A stretch of DNA of 64,000 bases, taken from positions 4,712,001 to 4,776,000 of the forward strand of contig CM074806.1 of assembly GCA_037447605.1 (NCBI GenBank), in the 5' to 3' direction. Below the pieces are notes generated by a model that ran no database searches, was not told the DNA's origin, and worked only from the letters and a program-made list of their open reading frames with translations. Origin of the DNA: Zygnema circumcarinatum SAG 698-1b (Eukaryota > Plantae > Zygnematophyceae). Below, in pieces: positions 58,440 through 64,000 of the stretch. The stretch's first letter is position 1; every line of letters begins with the position of its first letter. A program made the position numbers and the translations under genes.

Positions 58440-61400
58440 TCACTCTTCGTCTGAATCTGCAAAAGTTATCTTTTTCGCCTTGGGAGTATCTTCCGTGATT
58501 TCCCGGAAGTGGGCTCCGTACAGCTTGGACTCCTGGAGAGCCAACCATTCATTCAAAGCAACCAAGTCGACTTGGTCAGCCAACCTCGAACTGCGTGCGT
58601 CGACACATGACTAATTCAAACAGGAAAAATGAGCGTTCAAATTCCAAATTCGCTACAAACCTTCTTCTTAACGGTAGTTCCAAACTTGAGAAGATCTTCC
58701 GGAACGTTCTGCCCCGCCTCTCGCAGAACATTCACAAGCTCTCCAGCACGGGGCTGCGAAGGAAACGATTAAAAAAAATAGAAATAAACCATTAAAAATA
58801 TAAAGAGTCTGTATGATGGTGAGGAAGGATTTACAAAGTAAGGTCAGAAGTTATTGCATCCCCTCTTTGACATTTTCTGAGTTTTGAACTCACCTTATCA
58901 TTACTGGTGAAGAACGTGTGAGCTGTGCCCTTCCTACCGGCTCGTCCTGTCCGCCCGATTCGATGAACATAGTCTTCTGTGGTCAGCGGAAAACTGTAGT
59001 TGATCACATACCTGCACATAGAACCGACCCGTGGGATAAGAGAAGTAGGCACCAAACTGAATAGAAGGGTCCCATGCAGCCCTCCACTGATAAGTCCTCC
59101 CCTTGCAGAACAACGCTCACTGGAAGCAGAGAAATAGCCAAGCAGACTGAAAGTACTTTAATGTCTCCCTCCAAATTCTAGAGAGGAAGTTAAAGAGGCA
59201 CTCACTCGACGTCAGGAATGTCAAGTCCTCTCGCCGCGACATCTGTCGCAATCTGTGAAAGGATTCCGAGTGTCACTTAGGTCAAGGTCAACCATGAATT
59301 CAGAAGCAGTACACCCATAACATAAAAAAAATGCTCACGCAAGCAGGCATCTGCATAAACCAATTCACCCATATCTTGATTTTCTTCAACTCTGCCCGAC
59401 TTGTTGTCTCTGCCTTTGAACGTAGCCATAACTCCAGAATTAACACCTTTTTGCCTCTGTAAAAATGCAAAACAGCATGGAGTAGTCCGCACCAGGAGAG
59501 GCACTGCTCCACTCTTGAACTGTTGTACGGCTCGTGTACGGTCTCCCTGCCCCTTATCTCCATGCACAGCTCCGGCACTCCATCCCCTGCTTTCACATCC
59601 CCTCCCTGCCTTCATCAGGAGCAGTACCGATTACTTCCTCTAGGATTTTTCTTGTATTGGAGGAAATGTAGAGAATTAAGACTTGCGGAAACTGAATTTT
59701 GTAGTCTACGACTCGAACCTTGCTGAAAGCATGTTTTCAACGCGAACAGCCTCCTTCTTGTAAAGAACGAAAACCAGCACTCGGTTTCTGCTTATATTTT
59801 CCATACCCGCCCACCCAACCAAGAAAGGAGGTTTTCAAGAGAGTTAGTAGGCTAACAAGCAAAACGAAAGCAACAAACCTCCTGGAATGAGAAAATGTTC
59901 GTATGAAGGGACAGAATAAAAAATAACATGGGTCAATCTGATCTATAAAGACGTATATGTCCCGTTCAAACAAACAATCCTTACTTCCTCGATTTATGAT
60001 ACTGCCTGAGTAGTGCGTCAAGGCGGGCATCTCGAGCTCTATCCTCCACCACCTGCAAGAAAGCGAAAATGAAATTAGAAAAAGAAGGAGAAAGGGAGGG
60101 GGGGCTGTCAATCACCTGGTTGTGAGTTTTGACAACCAAGTACCTAAAAGCATGAACTAGAAAGCAGACACAGATAGGTGCTAATATCTGCACAAGCTCA
60201 CCTCCACGATTTGTGTTACGTCGTGATTTGCCGATAAATCTTTTGAGCCGATGGTGATCTGCAACGAAAGAAGGCCAAAAAAAAAAGGGAGTTTTGAATC
60301 ATCCGGCGCACTTAAGGCTCAGACTAAACTGCAGACCAAATTCACGTAGAAGGTCCATTCACAAATCCCCTCGTCAGACACTTTCCCATGTGGGCTCTTC
60401 TATTGTTTGCATGCAGTCGCTTATTACGGTGAGCTTCTGTTAACTCAAGATTCTCCAAGAGTAAGAGACCAAAAAGACCTGCCTTGATTGGATCCTTCAC
60501 AAATTCGGAAGCCAATTGACCAACAGCAGGTGGCCACGTGGCGCTCAACATCACTGTCTGTCTCTCTGCATACATTGAAAAATCCTCAAGTGAGTGAAAT
60601 TCGAACCCCTGCCACTTCGGCCATGCAAGACGAGATACTGACGATGTGATGATGGTAATCATGACAACAATGAAAAGGATGACGAAAACAACAATGACAA
60701 TGAGGATGCTGATGTCAATATTTCATGATGATGGCGGGGCCACATTCAGTGATGATACTAGTCATGACGATGGATTCGGAGAAGACAAGATAAGACTCAC
60801 CCTTGGGAGTCCGCCCCAAAATAGCGCGAATCGCAGGTTCAAAACCCAAATCCAGCATGCGGTCGGCCTCATCCAAAACCTGACAGCCAGCAGTCCTCTC
60901 AACCCTGAACCCCCAAAACTTGTACCGTTGTAGACCCCACTATACACTTGCTTATGCTAATGCTGCTGATGCATTGCTCCTCTGTCAACTATCTGAACAC
61001 AGGCTACATCCTCAGACATTCCACTATCAAACGGAGAACAGTACGGGAATCAATGTGTCCTAGCATCTCAGTCCTTTATGACAATACAGAAAAGGAGGGT
61101 GACCTTACCACATACGACACATTGGAAAGGTCGAAGGCTCCCTCTTCCAGGAAGTCCAGGAGACGGCCGGGAGTAGCTACCATGATGCCCTGCAGCAAAA
61201 CACGAATGCACTTCCAAGAGTAAAGATGATGATAGAAAACGAAGGGTAAGGAGTGAAAAGGAACAAAATGAGAAAGACAAATGATAGAATACTGGGAAAA
61301 CACCCTCGGATGCCCACACTATCTTCCACGGAAACATGCTCTGGCTGAAATAAGACTAGAGGTAGGAACACAAGCGCTGGAAAGCCGTATTCTCATTACG

Positions 61401-63021
61401 ACGCATTTCCTGAAAGAGAACATGCTGAAACGCAGGTATGGCAGTGAAGTGTTTCCACCTACCGGCTGCTGACGCATGGCTGAACGCTGAGGCCCCTTGT
61501 TGACGCCTCCACAAATGCATACACAGCCAACTTTCGACGGCTTTCCAAGGCCCTCCAACACCTCTGCTATCTGATTACAAATCAAGCTTCAGAAATTCAG
61601 CAGGTCTTGAAAATTTGAGGGAGATGAAAGGTGAGAGGACTAGGGAACAAAACCTCCCCACTACATAGCTAGGCGCACCACTATATGACCCAGTACATAA
61701 CCTCATGATCTTTGAACAATCTCGAGGAAGTGTTCTGAATATATTGTGTGCATTTGGAACATAAAAAAACAGTTCTAAGTGCTCTGTAGCGAGCGTCAAA
61801 ATGGAATTTTGCAATCTACATGGTCCACGTGGTTTGATCCACTTAGCTGGTAAGCTAGTGCTTGGAACTTGAAAAGAAACTAGTGGAACTTGATTTGAAA
61901 ATTAAAGTCAGTGAAACATTTTCAACCCCTTGCCTTAAAAGGTCAGATATACAAACTTGGCCAGGAACTCCAAAATCATGAAGACACGAGCACCGTGGCA
62001 AACCGCCCTAACGATCTCGTTCATTTAGTCAATATGTTCAATCTTATCAACGACCAAACCAAAACAATGAATAGCCTCTACTGACACTAATGCAAGGGTT
62101 AAAGTTAGGGTTTCTAATAAAGTTCAAACCCTAACCAGATGATATACTAGAGCTTGAAGTAAAACCCCAAGCTTGTGGTTAACCAAAACAATAAAAAAGG
62201 ACACGGGAGCGACAATGCAGTTCGCCATTGAGATTCAACAATAAACTTCCAACCTGTTGTACGAGCTCCCGCGTCGGAGCCAACATAAGACAAGTAGGAG
62301 ACCCAATTCCTCCATTTTTCCTTTTCCGTTTCTCGAGTATATGCAGCAATGCAGGAACTCCAAACGCCAACGTCTTCCCCGAGCCCGTCGCAGCAATGCC
62401 AATAAGATCTCTGCCAGCCTTCAGCACCGGCCAAGAATGTGCCTGTATAGGGGAAGGCTGCTGAAAGGAAGCCAGGGATTCCGTCACACTCTCTGGAAGC
62501 ACAAACTCCGAAAACGACTTGAGAGCTCGGAATTGAGGATCCTCGGATCCGCGACCTGATACCGCGATTGCGATATTGCTCCACCTGTCGAGAGAATCCT
62601 TCTTCTCGCTCTCACAATTCAGGGTTTTTTTGGAGGTGCCATTCAGTTCCGCATCATTTCTTGTTGTCTCCTTCTCCGTATTTTTCTTATTCTTTTTTCG
62701 TTTACTGTTCTCCGCCTCCTCCTTAAGGCCACTTAATCCTTCTTCCTCGTCCAAACAACCTTCCTCATCCTCCCCCTTCTCTTCCTCCTCCTTCCTACTC
62801 TTCTCCTTTTTCTTCTTCTTAGTTTTCTCCTTCTTTACATCCCCTACTCCCGCTTCCTCCACCTCTGCTTCCAAACCCTTCCCTCCCTCCGTTCCTTGCT
62901 GCTTCTTCTTCTGCTTCTTCTCTAAGCTCCCAAGCACCCCTTTCACCTTCACCGCGTCCACCTCCTCCTCCGCCTCCTTTCGCTTCCGCGTCGTCCTCTT
63001 CTCCTCCGCCGCCGCCGTCAT
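58440..63021 (-). CDS. RH5: DEAD-box RNA helicase, DBP3/RH5 (STRS1) type
   Basis: A Lys/Glu-rich N-terminus precedes the Q motif ([13 protein letters not shown]), ATGSGKT, PTREL, TPGR, DEAD ([13 protein letters not shown]), SAT, ARGLD and [10 protein letters not shown]. The C-terminus [12 protein letters not shown]...[10 protein letters not shown] is typical of DBP3/RH5. There are ~13 exons, including one GC-AG intron. Confidence 0.95.
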
Positions 63022-63082
63022 GGCTGCCTCCGCAAGGAAGCTCCTCCGCAGAGTACACAATTGGCCCTTTGTTACAAAGTAC

Positions 63083-63091
63083 AAACCCTAA
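63083..63091 (+). promoter_or_regulatory. Telo-box (AAACCCTAA) in the shared RH5/TERT intergenic
   Basis: Exact plant telo-box match, 62 nt upstream of the RH5 ATG. Confidence 0.6.
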
Positions 63092-63385
63092 TTTCCAACA
63101 TCACATTCCCTGCCAATTCCTGCATATGCTTTCAGCAACATACGCGTATGTCACCAGTGTACATACTGTATCGGTATATCGTATTGAACCGCTAAAATCT
63201 AAAAGTGTATCGCGTGTTATATCTATTGCGATATATCGCTTGAATTCGAACCTTGCAGCTGCGGGCCATGGCTGCCATGGCTGCTTGCGAGCTGCAGCAG
63301 TGACAGTACGAAGGAGAAGCCTCACAGCCATAGCTGGCGATGCTGCCTCTTGGAGAGGCCTAGATCAGCAGCGGAAGCATCATCT

Positions 63386-63878
63386 ATGGCCGCTTCTCCA
63401 GTAGTGCTACAACGGCTCTACCCGGAGCTCATGACTCTCGAGCAGTTCATCAGAACTCGGACTGCTGTGGCTGAGCCCTTCGCCCCGCCATGGCTGCTGG
63501 AGGGTGCAGATCCTCCTGCCGCTGTTTCTATACTGCAGGAAGTGTACGTGGCAGCTGTAAAGGAGCAGGAGCAGTCTGCTCTGCCTCTCGAAAAGGAGCG
63601 CAAGTGGACTATGGCGGAGGTGAGAGCAAGCAATGCAGGGTCGGATGAGTAGGTGCACTACATATGATACCAGAGGGATTGGTAGTTATTTAAGGAGGGT
63701 CATATTTTTTAGTTTTCATCGTAAGAACGGGTGGCCAGCTTAGGTGGATGCAACATTGCTTGCTTACACTTCCTTTGTATGTTATCTGCGGTAGATTGTG
63801 GAACGCACGATTCAGGTTCAGTTCAAGCAGGCGGGTGGTGGAAGACCTGCACACGTCCTCTGTGCCGGATTTCAAAGG
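63386..63878 (+). CDS. TERT: Telomerase reverse transcriptase, first two exons (TEN domain); continues beyond the window
   Basis: Exon 63386-63619 encodes MAASPVVLQRLYPELMTLEQFIR...LLEGADPPAAVSILQEVYVAA...KWTMAE. Exon 63795-63878 encodes IVERTIQVQFKQAGGGRPAHVLCAGFQR. These parallel the recalled TEN motifs LRSHYREVLPLATFV..LVQRGDPAAF..LV..CLV and ELVARVLQ....NVLAFGF. The RT domain is not visible here. Confidence 0.75.
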
Positions 63879-64000
63879 GTGCGGCTTTACCCTCTTTAAG
63901 TGAAGCGCGAGATTACGAGCAAATGCATGATGAATTTTTTTTTTTCTATCACTCTAATCGGTAATTTCTTATATAAAAATCTGGTTGTTGTGATAAGGTG

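Noticed and set aside
62576-63091. 171-aa S/F-rich plus-strand ORF
   Set aside because: It is antisense to the K/E-rich exon 1 of RH5.
1-64000. CRISPR arrays, prokaryotic operons, rRNA, autonomous transposase/RT/integrase genes
   Set aside because: None were seen. There are no regularly spaced repeat-spacer units, and all substantial coding signal is explained by spliced housekeeping genes.

Overview
This is intron-rich eukaryotic nuclear DNA from a streptophyte plant. A charophyte-grade alga (e.g. Zygnematophyceae) is my inference, from nuclear transit-peptide tufA with 6 introns, class XI myosin, plant-specific DUF506, RUG3 and a plant-type tRNA-Trp; the species cannot be fixed from sequence alone. 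I reconstructed 12 spliced protein genes by hand from GT/AG boundaries. In order they are: myosin XI (5' end outside window, +), acylphosphatase (-; missed by the ORF track), RMI1-N/TDRD3-like OB-fold protein (+), RCC1-repeat RUG3-like (+), plastid ATP sulfurylase (+), LRR protein (+), Mn-CDF/MTP transporter (+), plastid EF-Tu (-), TSR1 (+), DUF506 (-), DEAD-box helicase RH5/DBP3 (-) and the first two exons of a probable TERT (+; runs off the window). One tRNA-Trp(CCA) lies between RUG3 and ATP sulfurylase. The most unusual signal is in four intergenic blocks (~26.9-27.6, 33.6-35.0, 44.0-45.0 and 55.6-57.9 kb). They carry four exact CCAAT-N9-CCACG (ERSE-I-type) composites plus several near-matches, dense CCGTAC (SBP-box) clusters, a dispersed 135-bp repeat whose three copies each end a short ATG-initiated ORF at the same stop, and a (TTAGGG)n array just before the TSR1 start codon. 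Family assignments come from recalled motifs, not database searches.
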